Shown: positions 46,372-56,762 of the stretch, piece by piece | Layout: each line of letters opens with the position of its first letter | Numbering within the stretch: the stretch's first letter is position 1 | Notes under the pieces: generated by a model | Database searches by the model: none | Seen by the model: the letters and a program-made list of their open reading frames with translations, nothing else | What the model was told of the DNA's origin: nothing | Program-made: the position numbers and the translations under genes | Assembly: GCA_013360745.1 (NCBI GenBank) | Contig: JABWBA010000007.1 | Span: 2,945 to 66,944 of the forward strand | From: Chthonomonadales bacterium | GTDB taxonomy: Bacteria > Armatimonadota > Chthonomonadetes > Chthonomonadales > CAJBBX01 | Direction of reading: 5' to 3' | DNA: 64,000 bases

Positions 46372-47163
46372 ATGATCTACACCATTGTCAATCAAAAGGG
46401 CGGCGTCGGCAAGACCACCACGGCGGTCAACCTAGCGGCCTATCTTGCGCTCGCAGGACGACCGACACTTCTACTGGACCTCGATCCTCAGGCGAACGCA
46501 ACCAGCGGCCTCGGCATCGATAAGAACAGCTTCGGGCGAGGGTCTCCGGGCCACGGACGCAGCGCCTACGATGTCCTCGTGGAGGATTATCCGGTCGCAG
46601 ATGCGGCCATGGCCACGACGATCGACCATCTATCGCTCCTCCCCTCCAATCTCGACCTTGCTGGAGCCGAAGTTGAGCTGATACCCAGGGTTGCGCGTGA
46701 GACCGTCCTGAAGCGGGCGCTGGAGCCGATCCGAGACGCCTACGAGTTCATCCTCATCGACACGCCGCCGTCGCTGGGTATCCTGACCCTGAACGGCCTC
46801 ACTGCGGCGGACGCGATCATTGTGCCGATCCAGTGCGAGTACTATGCGCTGGAGGGCGTGAGCCAGCTGATGCAGACGATTGAGATCGTACAGGATTGCC
46901 TGAACCCCAGGCTGGAGGTTGCGCTCGTGATCCTGACGATGTACGATAATCGCGTGCGGTTATCTCAGCAGGTGGTGGCGGAGGTCCGGAGCGCGTTCGG
47001 GGACAGGGTATCGCCGACCGTGGTGCCCCGTAATGTCCGACTGTCCGAAGCGCCGAGTCATGGTGAACCGATCGCTCTCTATGATCCCCGCTCGCGGGGC
47101 GCCGAGGCCTATCGATCGCTCGCAGAGGAGGTAATCCGGCTTGGACAAACGAGGTCTGGGTAA
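46372..47163 (+). CDS. parA: chromosome partitioning ATPase ParA (Soj)
   Basis: Deviant Walker A NQKGGVGKTTT, then LLLDLDPQANAT and IDTPPSLG. The ATG at 46372 was verified; the track ORF from 45979 is an upstream extension. Confidence 0.95.
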   Translation: MIYTIVNQKGGVGKTTTAVNLAAYLALAGRPTLLLDLDPQANATSGLGIDKNSFGRGSPGHGRSAYDVLVEDYPVADAAMATTIDHLSLLPSNLDLAGAEVELIPRVARETVLKRALEPIRDAYEFILIDTPPSLGILTLNGLTAADAIIVPIQCEYYALEGVSQLMQTIEIVQDCLNPRLEVALVILTMYDNRVRLSQQVVAEVRSAFGDRVSPTVVPRNVRLSEAPSHGEPIALYDPRSRGAEAYRSLAEEVIRLGQTRSG

Positions 47164-48004
47164 GGGGCTCAACGCCCTGCTGGCCGACCAACGGAGCGGG
47201 GATGATGCCAGAAGCGTCCGCGAGATTCCCATCGATCTGATCGCGCCCAATCCCTATCAGCCCCGAACGATCTTCGATGAGGGTCCCCTTCAGGAACTTG
47301 CCGACTCGATCAAGGAGCACGGTGTGCTTCAACCGGTCCTGGTGCGGCGTCAGGGAGCGGACCGCTATGAGTTGATCGTCGGCGAGCGGCGACTTCGTGC
47401 CGCCAGGATGGTCGGCCTTACGAGCCTTCCAGCGGTCCTGCGCGAATGCTCCGATCGGGACATGATCCTCGTCGCCCTGATCGAGAACGTACAGCGTACC
47501 GATGTCAGCCCTCTGGAACAGGCCAGGGCCTATCGGCGGATGGTGACGGAGTTCAGCCTGACTCAGGAAGAGGTCGCGCGTCGCGTGGGCAAATCCCGGG
47601 CTGCGGTGGGCAATACGATGCGGCTTCTATCGTTGCAGGGGCCTGCGATGCGGGCCCTGGAAGAGGGCCGGATTACCGAAGGCCATGCGCGCCTGCTGGT
47701 GCCGCTGACGGGACCGATCCACGATGATGTTCTGGACGCCTTTCTGCAACGCGATATGAGCGTCCGCGAGGCGGAAGCGATGGTACGCGGGCTTCTTCGA
47801 GGTTTTCCGCGACCGGACCCTTCTGACAGCCGGATCGGCGAGGAGCGCGATTCGAATCATCTCGCGATCGAGGAGGCGCTGTCCCTCGCGCTTGGCACCC
47901 GGGTTCGCCTCCGCCAGACCGGCGAGGATCGGGGATATCTGCTGGTCGAGTTTTACACCCAGGAGCAGCTCGAGGGCCTGATCGACCGTTTTGCAGGGTT
48001 GTGA
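47141..48004 (+). CDS. parB: chromosome partitioning protein ParB (Spo0J)
   Basis: GLGKGLNALL, PNPYQPR, GERRLRAA and ALIENVQRTDVSPLEQA. It overlaps the parA stop by 23 nt. Confidence 0.95.
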   Translation: MDKRGLGKGLNALLADQRSGDDARSVREIPIDLIAPNPYQPRTIFDEGPLQELADSIKEHGVLQPVLVRRQGADRYELIVGERRLRAARMVGLTSLPAVLRECSDRDMILVALIENVQRTDVSPLEQARAYRRMVTEFSLTQEEVARRVGKSRAAVGNTMRLLSLQGPAMRALEEGRITEGHARLLVPLTGPIHDDVLDAFLQRDMSVREAEAMVRGLLRGFPRPDPSDSRIGEERDSNHLAIEEALSLALGTRVRLRQTGEDRGYLLVEFYTQEQLEGLIDRFAGL

Positions 48005-48007
48005 GCG

Positions 48008-48023
48008 CGCTTCACGTGAAGCG
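48008..48023. promoter_or_regulatory. parS-like centromere site
   Basis: Perfect 16-bp palindrome CGCTTCACGTGAAGCG, 4 nt after the parB stop. Its central TTCACGTGAA is identical to the core of the canonical parS TGTTTCACGTGAAACA. Confidence 0.65.
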
Positions 48024-48063
48024 TTACCCACCGCATCACGAATAAAGGGAGGAACTTCGATCG

Positions 48064-48639
48064 TTGGGGCAGAGCGGCGGGCGGATGGGCGACACACTCA
48101 AGACCCTCCTGGGCATGATGGAACACGGGGGACAGCTCCGCGCCAACATGGCCGCCGCGTACTGGCCTACCGTCGTCGGACCCATCGTCGCGCGCTCCGC
48201 AAAGCCGCTGCATGTTAAGGACGGCATCCTCATCGTTCGAACCAGAGGGTCCGTCTGGTCCCAGGAAATCAGCTTCCTCAAGCATCGTATCATCACCGAC
48301 CTCAATCGACTGTGCGGCGCAGCCGTGATTCGCGACATCCAGTTTCGAGTCGGCGAACCGTTCGAGAGCGCTGATGATCCGATACTCCTTGCGCCCACGC
48401 CGCAGCAGCTCCAGCAGGCCGATCTCAACGCCGAGGAACGGACAACCCTGGACGCCTGCGTCGACGCCGCGTCTGCCATCACGGATCCGGCTATTCGAGC
48501 CGCAACGGTTCGGCTTCTAGACCATAGTTACCGCCTGCGGCGCTGGCGCCTTCAGAATGGGTGGCGACTCTGCAGCCAGTGCGGAAGGCTCTACCACAGT
48601 GCCGAAGAACTCTGCTACTCCTGCAGCGCCGAGCGCTGA
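48064..48639 (+). CDS. DUF721 (DciA-like) protein with C-terminal zinc-ribbon-like CxxC pairs
   Basis: W..VVGP.VA..A.PLHVKDGILIVR....VW.QE.SF.K..II..LN is the DUF721 pattern. The C-terminus is CSQCGRLYHSAEELCYSC. The TTG start lies 11 nt after a GGGAGG. Confidence 0.7.
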   Translation: MGQSGGRMGDTLKTLLGMMEHGGQLRANMAAAYWPTVVGPIVARSAKPLHVKDGILIVRTRGSVWSQEISFLKHRIITDLNRLCGAAVIRDIQFRVGEPFESADDPILLAPTPQQLQQADLNAEERTTLDACVDAASAITDPAIRAATVRLLDHSYRLRRWRLQNGWRLCSQCGRLYHSAEELCYSCSAER

Positions 48640-48732
48640 CGACGGCGGTGCGCCGTACACCATAGATCCAGGGCATCCGTACGAATACCCATGCGACCCG
48701 GCCCGGACGGTCGAGCCGCCTCGGAGGACACA

Positions 48733-49959
48733 ATGGTCCCCAACGCCGATCGCCTTATCCTGAGAGATCTCGCGCACCGCGTCGCGGAAATCGGCCAGTC
48801 CGACACCATGGCAGATCGACGCCGCGAATGGAAACGCCACAACGCGCTCGTACCAGGACGCCCGATGATGCTCATCTTCCCCGAAGGAGCATGGTGCGAA
48901 CTCCTGCCCGAGAGCGCTCTCAACTGCCAGGACCAGCGCGCGCGGCGCATGGAGTGGGAGCTCCGACACCGGATCTATACGTTCGAGCATTTCCGCAGCG
49001 ATAACGTCATCGAACCCGATTGGATCGTCCAACGAGCGATCCACGACACCGGCTGGGGTCTCGATCATCGGCACCGACCAAGCACCACAACCCGCGGCTC
49101 CTGGGCCTTCGATCCCGTCATCAACGATCCGTCCGATATGGCCAGGCTCCACTATCCCGAGGTTATCGTCGATCATGCTGCGACCGATCGCGCCCTTGCG
49201 GAAGCCCACGATCTCTTCGGCGACATCCTGGAGATCCGCCTCAAGGGCATCGCCCATGTCAGCTTCCATCTCCTGAACCTCTGGACCGGTTGGCGCGGAC
49301 TCGAGGAGACCCTGGTCGATATGGCTCGGGATCCCGGCTTCGTGCACCACGCCATGGCATTCCTCGAAGAAGGTCATCGCCGCCTCATCCAGCAATACGC
49401 CGAACAGGGACTGCTAAGCCTGAACAACGACAACACCTACCACTCCTCAGGAGGCAACGGCTGGATCGATGCCCTGCCGGCTCCCGGATACGATCCCGAA
49501 CGCGTTCGTCCGTGCGACATGTGGGCGAGCGCGGAATCGCAGGAGCTCGCTCAGGTCAGCCCCCGCATGCATGCCGAAATGGCGCTCCCCTACGAAAAGC
49601 GCCTCCTCGAACCCTTCGCCCTGACCGGCTACGGCTGTTGCGAGGACCTCACCGACAAGCTCCAGGATATCCTCACCATCCCGCATATCCGCAGAATATC
49701 CATCGCGCCAACCGCCGACGTCGATACCTGCGCCCAGAGGCTCGGCCGCCGCGCGATTCTATCCTGGAAGCCCGATCCCAGCATGCTCGTCGGCGACCTG
49801 AACGAGCCGCGCCTGCGCGCCTACATCCTGCACGCCGTTGCCGCAACAAAGAACTGCACCATGGAGATGATCCTGAAGGACACCCATACCTGCGAACACC
49901 GACCGGAACGATTCGACCGCTGGACCCAGATCGCCCGCGCGATGATCGAAGCAGCATAG
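48733..49959 (+). CDS. uroporphyrinogen-decarboxylase-fold (URO-D-like) family protein, function unknown
   Basis: About 408 aa from the ATG at 48733 (MVPNADR). The overall pattern resembles URO-D/MtaA-like TIM-barrel proteins. This is a weak motif-level call. Confidence 0.5.
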   Translation: MVPNADRLILRDLAHRVAEIGQSDTMADRRREWKRHNALVPGRPMMLIFPEGAWCELLPESALNCQDQRARRMEWELRHRIYTFEHFRSDNVIEPDWIVQRAIHDTGWGLDHRHRPSTTTRGSWAFDPVINDPSDMARLHYPEVIVDHAATDRALAEAHDLFGDILEIRLKGIAHVSFHLLNLWTGWRGLEETLVDMARDPGFVHHAMAFLEEGHRRLIQQYAEQGLLSLNNDNTYHSSGGNGWIDALPAPGYDPERVRPCDMWASAESQELAQVSPRMHAEMALPYEKRLLEPFALTGYGCCEDLTDKLQDILTIPHIRRISIAPTADVDTCAQRLGRRAILSWKPDPSMLVGDLNEPRLRAYILHAVAATKNCTMEMILKDTHTCEHRPERFDRWTQIARAMIEAA

Positions 49960-49987
49960 CCTCACCATCCGTCACACGCGCCGCAAG

Positions 49988-50986
49988 ATGCGACCGCTGC
50001 TAGAGGCGTTCCGAATCCTCCGCTCCCGCTGCGTCCGACGGGCGCCGAGCCGCGCCGAGCCGATGCCGCCGAGGTATTCCGCCCTCCACCGTCCGACGCC
50101 CCCGCAACGACTGCGCGAGCTCCGTCATGAAGATCCGCTGAGGCAGGCCGCCGAGGCCATCATGGCCCGAACGCCTCCCGATCCGGAGGCCTTGGATCAA
50201 GCCATAGCCGCCATGTCGAAAGCCGAGTCTGGACGCTGGAAGCGGCGCCTCATCGGTGCATGGCTCCTTGGTCATCTCCCGATCCCCGAAGGGCGCCGCG
50301 CCGACGTCGAGAAGGCGCTCACGGCCGCCCTGAAGAACCGCGCCTATGCGTTTAATGGCTGCACCGGCATCCTCGCCGTCCTGTGCACCTTCGGCAACCT
50401 GATCGGGGCGCCGTGGCTCATCTGGATGCTGATCCACGATGGACGCGTCAATGCCGTCCGTACCGAAGCCGCCGAGGCCATCGGACGAATCGGCTGCATC
50501 GCCGCCCTACCCGAACTCGTCGCCGCCGCCACAAACGCAGGCCGCCCGGGATCATCGAAGCTCCGAAGCGCAACGCTGTCCGCCCTCAAGCAGCTCCTCC
50601 GCCAGATCGCAGAGAATCCATCCGGAGATCATCCATCCGAGATCGAGACGAGCATCGCCCGGCTGCTGAGCGGCAAGGATCCCGATATGCCTATGCTCGC
50701 CCTCGACGCGCTCGAACGCATCGGCGGAGCCGGATGCCATCCTGCCGTGCTCCGTCTCGCGCGCCGCCCTGATTCCGACCCGCTCCAACACCGGGCCGCC
50801 CAGATCCTGCCCATCATCGTCGAACGGGCAGCACGGGCCCGGGCCTCCAGCCGACTATTACGTCCCGCAGAGCGCCCCGCCGAGGACGTGTCGCTCCTCC
50901 TTCGCCCGGGAACATCGCCCCCCGACCAATCCACCGAACTCCTGTTACGCCCATCGGAAAGCGACGAGGCCGAGAACGCCTCCTGA
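49988..50986 (+). CDS. HEAT-repeat-like protein
   Basis: VRTEAAEAIGRIGCIAALPELV and MLALDALERIGGAGCHPAVLRLA repeats. The C-terminus carries three LLRP units. Confidence 0.5.
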   Translation: MRPLLEAFRILRSRCVRRAPSRAEPMPPRYSALHRPTPPQRLRELRHEDPLRQAAEAIMARTPPDPEALDQAIAAMSKAESGRWKRRLIGAWLLGHLPIPEGRRADVEKALTAALKNRAYAFNGCTGILAVLCTFGNLIGAPWLIWMLIHDGRVNAVRTEAAEAIGRIGCIAALPELVAAATNAGRPGSSKLRSATLSALKQLLRQIAENPSGDHPSEIETSIARLLSGKDPDMPMLALDALERIGGAGCHPAVLRLARRPDSDPLQHRAAQILPIIVERAARARASSRLLRPAERPAEDVSLLLRPGTSPPDQSTELLLRPSESDEAENAS

Positions 50987-51035
50987 GCCGATCATCCCTT
51001 CGAATACGATTCCCCAGGATATCCCGACTCACTCG

Positions 51036-51064
51036 TTGACTTTCCGCGCCGCGCTCGACATAAT
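51036..51064 (+). promoter_or_regulatory. sigma-70-type promoter candidate
   Basis: TTGACT at 51036-51041, a 17-nt spacer, then CATAAT at 51059-51064. This places the transcript start after the 51068 ATG and so favours the 51113 ATG for the downstream gene. Confidence 0.5.
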
Positions 51065-51112
51065 CGTATGGGAGCGCAACGACTGGCTCCCAGCAGTGAA
51101 AGGACCAGCGCC

Positions 51113-53899
51113 ATGCAGGCCGACGCCGACAACGAGGCATCCCTCGCCACCACCGCCCAGGCTCCTTCGTCCGACGTATCGTCCGAAACCGCCAGCGATA
51201 TCCTTCGACAGAGCAAACGGGGTCTGAAGCCCTTCTTCGAGCCCGGCGCCGTGGCCGTTATCGGTACTTCCGACGACTCCGACAGCTCCGCCAACACCAT
51301 CATCCGCAACCTCATTGCCAGCCCCTTCGGCGGTATGGTCTTCCCCGTAAGCGATACATCGACACACGTCCAGGGCATTCGCGCATATCGATCCATCGGA
51401 GACGTCCCGGATCAAATCGACCTCGCCGTCATCGCCAGTCCCGTCGAGCGGCTGCCGCACCTCATCGCCGAATGCGCCGCCGCAGGGGTCGATGCCGCGA
51501 TCATCGCCTCGGCCGGGTTCCGCGAACAGGGCCTCGAGGGCGAGGAACAGGGCTCCCGTATCCTCGAAGCCGCCAGGAAGGGCCGCATCCGCATCCTTGG
51601 ACCGGCAAGCCTCGGCGTGATGAACACCGCCAACGGCCTCAACGCAACCTGCGCGCCCGCCATGGCATTGAGGGGCAGTGTCGGCTTCATCAGCCAGTCC
51701 AACGCCCTGTCGACCGCCGTGCTCGATTGGAGCCTCGGCGACCTTGTCGGGTTCAGCGCGTTCATCTCCGTGGGCAACATGCTCGACGTCGGCTGGGGCG
51801 ACCTGATCGATCATCTGGGGAACGACGTCAATACAAGAAGCATCGTCATCTATATGGAGTCGATCGGCGATGCCCGGTCCTTCCTCTCCGCCGCGCGTGA
51901 AGTCGCCCTCTCCAAACCCATCATCGTCATCAAAGCCGGCCGCTCGTCCGAAGGCGCCGAGGCTTCTCGAAGCCATACCGGCGCATGGTCCGGCAGCGAT
52001 CAGGTCCTCAACGCCGCCTTCCGACGCTGCGGCGTCCTCCGGGTCGAAAAGGTCGCCGACCTCTTCTATATGGCGGAGGTGCTCGCCCGACAGCCTCGCC
52101 CACGCGGGCCCCGACTCGCCATCATCTCCAACGCCGGCGGGCCAGGCGTCATCGCCACAGACGCCGCCGTACAGTTCGGCAGCAAGATCGCCCAGCTCTC
52201 CGAGACAACCGTCGCCGCACTGGACGAAGTGATGCCCGCGCCCTGGTCCCGCTCCAATCCCGTCGATATCCTCGGCGACGCCGACCCAGAGCGCTACGCC
52301 CGGTCCGTCGAAGCCGTCGCAGCCGACGACAACACCGACGGAATCGTCGTCATCCTGACCAATCAAGCCGTGACCAATCCTACCCAGACCGCGGAACGGC
52401 TTCGCCCCCTGGCCAAACTCCGGGGCAAACCGATCCTCGCAACGTGGATGGGCGGCGCAGGGGTCGCCGCCGGCATCAGCATCCTCAACCGCGCCGGCAT
52501 ACCCACCTATCCCTATGCCGACAGCGCCGCCCGGGCCTTCAGCTACATGTGGCAATACACCTACAACCTTCAAGGCCTGTATGAAACGGCGTCCGTCGCC
52601 ACGGATATGGCCTCAGCCGCCGACCGGGAGATGGCCACCGAAGTCATCCGAGTCGCCCGGAACATGAACCGAACCCTCCTGACATGGAACGAAGCCGAAC
52701 GACTCCTCTCCGCCTACGGCATCCCGACCGTCGAGAACCTCGTTGCAACCGACGAAGATCAGGCTGTCCGGTACGCCCGCGCGGTCGGCTATCCCGTCGT
52801 CATGAAGGCCATACGACAGGCCGTCACTCAGGAGACCGGCATCGGAGGAACCCAGCTGAACCTGTTGAACAGCGACGCCGTTCGCAAGGCGTTCCGTACC
52901 GTGCGGAGCGCAGTCGTGGCCACCGTCGGCGAGACCGGCTTTCTCGGCGTCAGCATCCAGCAGATGATCCGCAAACCGGGCTATGAAGCCGTCCTGCGCA
53001 CCAGAGTCGACCCGCAGTTCGGACCGGTCATCCTCTTCGGAGCCAGCGGACGGCTCGGCGCAGCGCTGAAGGACTACGCCCTTGCGATGCCCCCGCTCAC
53101 AACCACCCTGGCACGACGCATGCTCGAACAGACCCGGATCTTCGCCGCCTTTCAGGGAGAGCACGGCGACGCCCCCGTCGACCTAGCCGCCCTCGAGGAC
53201 CTCATCGTCCGCTTCAGCTACCTCGTCATGGAACAGCGATGGATCGAACAAGTCAGCATCGATCCCGTTCATATCTCCGCCGACGGCTCCGTCGCGCTCG
53301 GCGCGCGAGTCAACCTCTTCGGGCCGGAGATCACCGAGGATGCCCTGCCCCGATTCGCCATCCGTCCCTATCCCCGGCAGTATATTGACGATTGGACCAT
53401 GCGCGACGGCACTCCGGTCCTGCTGCGCCCCATCCGCCCCGAGGACGAGCCCCTGATCGTCGACTTCCACCAGACCCTGTCCGATCAGAGCATCTACATG
53501 CGCTTCTTCCACGCCATGAAGCTCAGTCAGCGAGTCGCGCACGAGCGCATGGTCCGGATATGCTTCAACGACTACGACCGCGAAATCGCCCTCGTCGCCG
53601 AACACCGAGAACCCGAGACCGGCAACGTCCGAATCCTCGGCGTGTCGCGGCTCAGCAAGCTTCACGGAACCAACGAGTCGGAGTTCTCGCTGCTCGTCAA
53701 CGACGCCTACCATGGCCGCGGCCTCGGCACGGAACTCCTCGCCAGGCTCATCGATATCGCCCGCGACGAACACCTCAGCGCCATCCTCGCCGATATCCTC
53801 CCCGAAAACTACCCGATGCAGCACGTCTGCGAAAAGCTGGGCTTCGTCCTGCATCGTGAAATCGGCGCCGATATGGTCAAAGCCCGCCTGGATCTCTAG
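51113..53899 (+). CDS. Pat-type protein acetyltransferase (ADP-forming acyl-CoA synthetase-like domains fused to a GNAT domain)
   Basis: CoA-binding start ([11 protein letters not shown]), a succinyl-CoA-synthetase-like flavodoxin domain, an ATP-grasp region, and a C-terminal GNAT with [11 protein letters not shown]. Confidence 0.88.
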   Translation: MQADADNEASLATTAQAPSSDVSSETASDILRQSKRGLKPFFEPGAVAVIGTSDDSDSSANTIIRNLIASPFGGMVFPVSDTSTHVQGIRAYRSIGDVPDQIDLAVIASPVERLPHLIAECAAAGVDAAIIASAGFREQGLEGEEQGSRILEAARKGRIRILGPASLGVMNTANGLNATCAPAMALRGSVGFISQSNALSTAVLDWSLGDLVGFSAFISVGNMLDVGWGDLIDHLGNDVNTRSIVIYMESIGDARSFLSAAREVALSKPIIVIKAGRSSEGAEASRSHTGAWSGSDQVLNAAFRRCGVLRVEKVADLFYMAEVLARQPRPRGPRLAIISNAGGPGVIATDAAVQFGSKIAQLSETTVAALDEVMPAPWSRSNPVDILGDADPERYARSVEAVAADDNTDGIVVILTNQAVTNPTQTAERLRPLAKLRGKPILATWMGGAGVAAGISILNRAGIPTYPYADSAARAFSYMWQYTYNLQGLYETASVATDMASAADREMATEVIRVARNMNRTLLTWNEAERLLSAYGIPTVENLVATDEDQAVRYARAVGYPVVMKAIRQAVTQETGIGGTQLNLLNSDAVRKAFRTVRSAVVATVGETGFLGVSIQQMIRKPGYEAVLRTRVDPQFGPVILFGASGRLGAALKDYALAMPPLTTTLARRMLEQTRIFAAFQGEHGDAPVDLAALEDLIVRFSYLVMEQRWIEQVSIDPVHISADGSVALGARVNLFGPEITEDALPRFAIRPYPRQYIDDWTMRDGTPVLLRPIRPEDEPLIVDFHQTLSDQSIYMRFFHAMKLSQRVAHERMVRICFNDYDREIALVAEHREPETGNVRILGVSRLSKLHGTNESEFSLLVNDAYHGRGLGTELLARLIDIARDEHLSAILADILPENYPMQHVCEKLGFVLHREIGADMVKARLDL

Positions 53900-53987
53900 C
53901 CGCCCGGACCGTCCGATTTCCGGTTATGCGCCAGCCGCCGCGAGTTCTTCTCGGTGGAAGCGCCGGGTCAACATTGAGGAGGGCAAC

Positions 53988-54620
53988 GTGGAACAAGCCT
54001 GTACCCATATCACCGTGATCCTGGACCGGACCGGATCGATGGAGAGCATCAAAGACGACGTCATCGGAGGGTTCAACTCGTTCCTCGAAACCCAGAGGGC
54101 GACGCCCGGTCGAGCCACACTGACCCTGGTTCAGTTCGACTCCCAGGACCCGTTCGAAGTCGTCTATTCCCGTAAAGACATCAACGATGCGCCCCCATTG
54201 ACCGCAGCAAGCTACATCCCGCGCGCCAGCACCCCGCTTCTGGACGCGCTCGGGAGGGGGATGGCCGATCTCGACGCCGCCATCGCGGCTTCGAGCGCAG
54301 ATACGCGCCCCGACAAGGTCATCTTCGCCGTCGTCACCGACGGAATGGAGAACGCCAGCCGGGAGTTCTCCCGCGCTGCGATCCAACAGATGATCGACGA
54401 ACGGAAGGCCCGGGGCTGGCAGTTCGTCTTCCTCTCCGCCGATCTCGACGCCGTAGAAGAAGCCCGCCACCTCGGCTTCTCCGAGAAACAGAGACGCCTG
54501 TACGAGAAGGAGACCCCGGGCGTCCAGCGGATGTTCCGGGATATGAGCGTCGCAGTCAACGACTATCGGTCCGGACGGCGCCGCGAGGTCGAACTGCCCG
54601 ATGAGGAAGAAAACGCATAG
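53988..54620 (+). CDS. small cytoplasmic von Willebrand factor A (vWA) domain protein
   Basis: MIDAS-type start ITVILDRTGSM, then T.L.DA.G and VTDGMENAS. The GTG at 53988 lies 5 nt after a GAGGAGG. The track ORF from 53712 overlaps the Pat gene. Confidence 0.75.
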   Translation: MEQACTHITVILDRTGSMESIKDDVIGGFNSFLETQRATPGRATLTLVQFDSQDPFEVVYSRKDINDAPPLTAASYIPRASTPLLDALGRGMADLDAAIAASSADTRPDKVIFAVVTDGMENASREFSRAAIQQMIDERKARGWQFVFLSADLDAVEEARHLGFSEKQRRLYEKETPGVQRMFRDMSVAVNDYRSGRRREVELPDEEENA

Positions 54621-54788
54621 CCACTCCCCTTCCGGTCGAAGCGCCGATACGGCCTGCAGTACGACAACACCATAGAGGTCCGCGTTCCATCGGCGGCTGA
54701 TGTGCCATTATAAAAGGCGGACGCGTGCGCCGCAAGGTACGCAGCCGCCATCCAAGCCGCCAAATCGTCGCCCTAAGGACCCGACCCG

Positions 54789-56762
54789 ATGACCTCCAGG
54801 AAGACCTACTACATCACGACGCCGATCTACTACGTGAACGGCCGTCCCCACATCGGGTCCGCCCTGACGACCCTGTGCTGTGACTTCCTGAAGCGCTTCC
54901 GCATGATGCGGGGCGAGGATACTTGGTTCCTCACCGGGACCGACGAAAACGCCACCAAAAATCAGGAGGCCGCGCAAGAGGCCGGAGTGGACCCTCTGGA
55001 CTTCGTCACGCGGCTCGCCGACGACTTCCGACAGGCCTGGGACGGCATGGCCTACGCCTACGATGATTTCATCCGGACCACCGAACCCCGTCACGTGCGC
55101 ACCGTGCAGGAGGTCTTTCGCCGCCTGCGGGATACCGGCGATCTCTACCGAGGCACCTACGAAGGCTGGTACTGCGTCTCCGACGAAACCTTCTTCCGCG
55201 AGACCGACGTCCGGGACGATCACCTGTGCCCCAACGAGGAATGCCGCAAGCCCCTACGGCGCGTGCAGGAGGAGAACTGGTTCTTCCGCCTCGCCGCCTA
55301 CGGCGACCGGCTGCTCGAGCATATCGAGGCGAACCCGGAGTTCCTCCAGCCCGCCTCGCGCCGCAACGAAGTGATCGGCTTCATCAAACAGGGCCTCCGC
55401 GATGCCAGCGTGACCCGTTCCAACAACGGCTGGGGAATCCCCGTCCCCGACGAACCCGATAAGGTCATCTACGTCTGGTTCGACGCCCTCATCAACTACC
55501 TATCGGCCACCGGTTGGCCCGATGATCCGGAAACCTACGCCCGACTCTGGCCGGCCAGCGTCCACATGATGGCCAAGGAGATCTTCGTCCGCTTCCATGC
55601 CACACTCTGGCCCGCCATGATCATCGCCCTCGGCCTGCCCCTGCCGCAAACCGTCTACGCGCACGGCTGGTGGGTAGGATCCGGCGGCAAAAAGGAAGGC
55701 AAGCGGACGGGCGGCCTGCCCCATCCGCTGGAGCTTGTCCGCGACATCGAGTCCCGAAGCGGGGCCTCGCACGAACTGGCCGTCGATGCCCTCCGATACC
55801 TCTTGCTCCGTGAAATGGTCTTCCACGGCGACAGCGAGTTCTCCGAGGAGAACTTCCTCCGCCGCTACAACGCCGATCTGGCCAACGACCTCGGGAACCT
55901 CTGCAACCGCACCGTCTCCATGGTCGGCCGCTATTGCGACGGCGTCGGCCCCGCAGCCCAGCCCGATCCCGAGATCGGGGCCGTTGTCGCCGAATGCGTC
56001 CGCGAATACGAAACGGTCGTCGACGAGTTCCGCTTCCATGCCGCCCTCGAAGCCGCCTGGAAGATCGTCTCACGGGTCAATCGCTACATCGTCGATCAAG
56101 CGCCCTGGAACCTGGCCAAAGCCGATCGCCGCGATGAGCTCGACGTCACCCTGACCACCTGCATCGAAGCCATCCGCGTCCTCTCCATCCTCGTCGCTCC
56201 CGCGATGCCCCACGCCTCAGCCGCCCTTCGCCAGCAGCTCGGCCTCGCCGAAGGCCAGCCGCAATGGGCCGATGCGAGCCGTTGGGGAGCCTCGTCCGGC
56301 CTGCGGGTCGCGACACCCCGGCCGCTCTATCCCAGGATCCAGGACCTGACCGCCGAACCTCTTCCAACGCCACCCGAAAAGGAGCGGGCCATGGAGCCGC
56401 AGCCCACGGATACCGTCGCCGCCGCGCCGACGGCCAAGCCGACCATCACCTACGACGACTTCGCCAAAATCGATCTCCGAATCGCCGACATCATCGAAGC
56501 CGAACCGGTGCCGAACGCCGATAAGCTCCTGAAGCTCACCGTGCAGGTTGGCGACGAAACACGCACCATCCTCGCAGGCATCGCCGAGATGTACGAACCG
56601 GCCGAGCTCAAAAGCAAACAGATCGTCATCGTCGCAAACCTGGCCCCCCGCAAGCTCCGTGGCATCGAATCGCAGGGGATGCTCCTCGCCGCGGACGTCG
56701 ACGGTCAAGCGGTAATCCTGCAGCCCGAAACCGAGGTCCCGGCAGGTGCGCCGGTCCGCTAG
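54789..56762 (+). CDS. metG: methionine--tRNA ligase with C-terminal Trbp111/EMAP-like tRNA-binding domain
   Basis: YYITTPIYYVNGRPHIGSA (HIGH region), zinc-knuckle CxxC residues, and the C-terminal ITYDDFAKIDLRIADIIEAEPVPNADKLLKLTVQVGDE. Confidence 0.96.
   Translation: MTSRKTYYITTPIYYVNGRPHIGSALTTLCCDFLKRFRMMRGEDTWFLTGTDENATKNQEAAQEAGVDPLDFVTRLADDFRQAWDGMAYAYDDFIRTTEPRHVRTVQEVFRRLRDTGDLYRGTYEGWYCVSDETFFRETDVRDDHLCPNEECRKPLRRVQEENWFFRLAAYGDRLLEHIEANPEFLQPASRRNEVIGFIKQGLRDASVTRSNNGWGIPVPDEPDKVIYVWFDALINYLSATGWPDDPETYARLWPASVHMMAKEIFVRFHATLWPAMIIALGLPLPQTVYAHGWWVGSGGKKEGKRTGGLPHPLELVRDIESRSGASHELAVDALRYLLLREMVFHGDSEFSEENFLRRYNADLANDLGNLCNRTVSMVGRYCDGVGPAAQPDPEIGAVVAECVREYETVVDEFRFHAALEAAWKIVSRVNRYIVDQAPWNLAKADRRDELDVTLTTCIEAIRVLSILVAPAMPHASAALRQQLGLAEGQPQWADASRWGASSGLRVATPRPLYPRIQDLTAEPLPTPPEKERAMEPQPTDTVAAAPTAKPTITYDDFAKIDLRIADIIEAEPVPNADKLLKLTVQVGDETRTILAGIAEMYEPAELKSKQIVIVANLAPRKLRGIESQGMLLAADVDGQAVILQPETEVPAGAPVR

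Noticed and set aside
51029-52573. 514-aa minus-strand ORF antisense to the Pat-type acetyltransferase gene
   Set aside because: It is a shadow ORF. The + strand product has the CoA-binding, ATP-grasp and GNAT architecture.
53712-53987. Upstream extension of the vWA ORF overlapping the 3-prime end of the Pat gene
   Set aside because: The extension is Ser/Ala/Pro-rich and lies inside the GNAT domain coding region in another frame. A GTG with a GAGGAGG site at the right distance starts exactly where the vWA fold begins.
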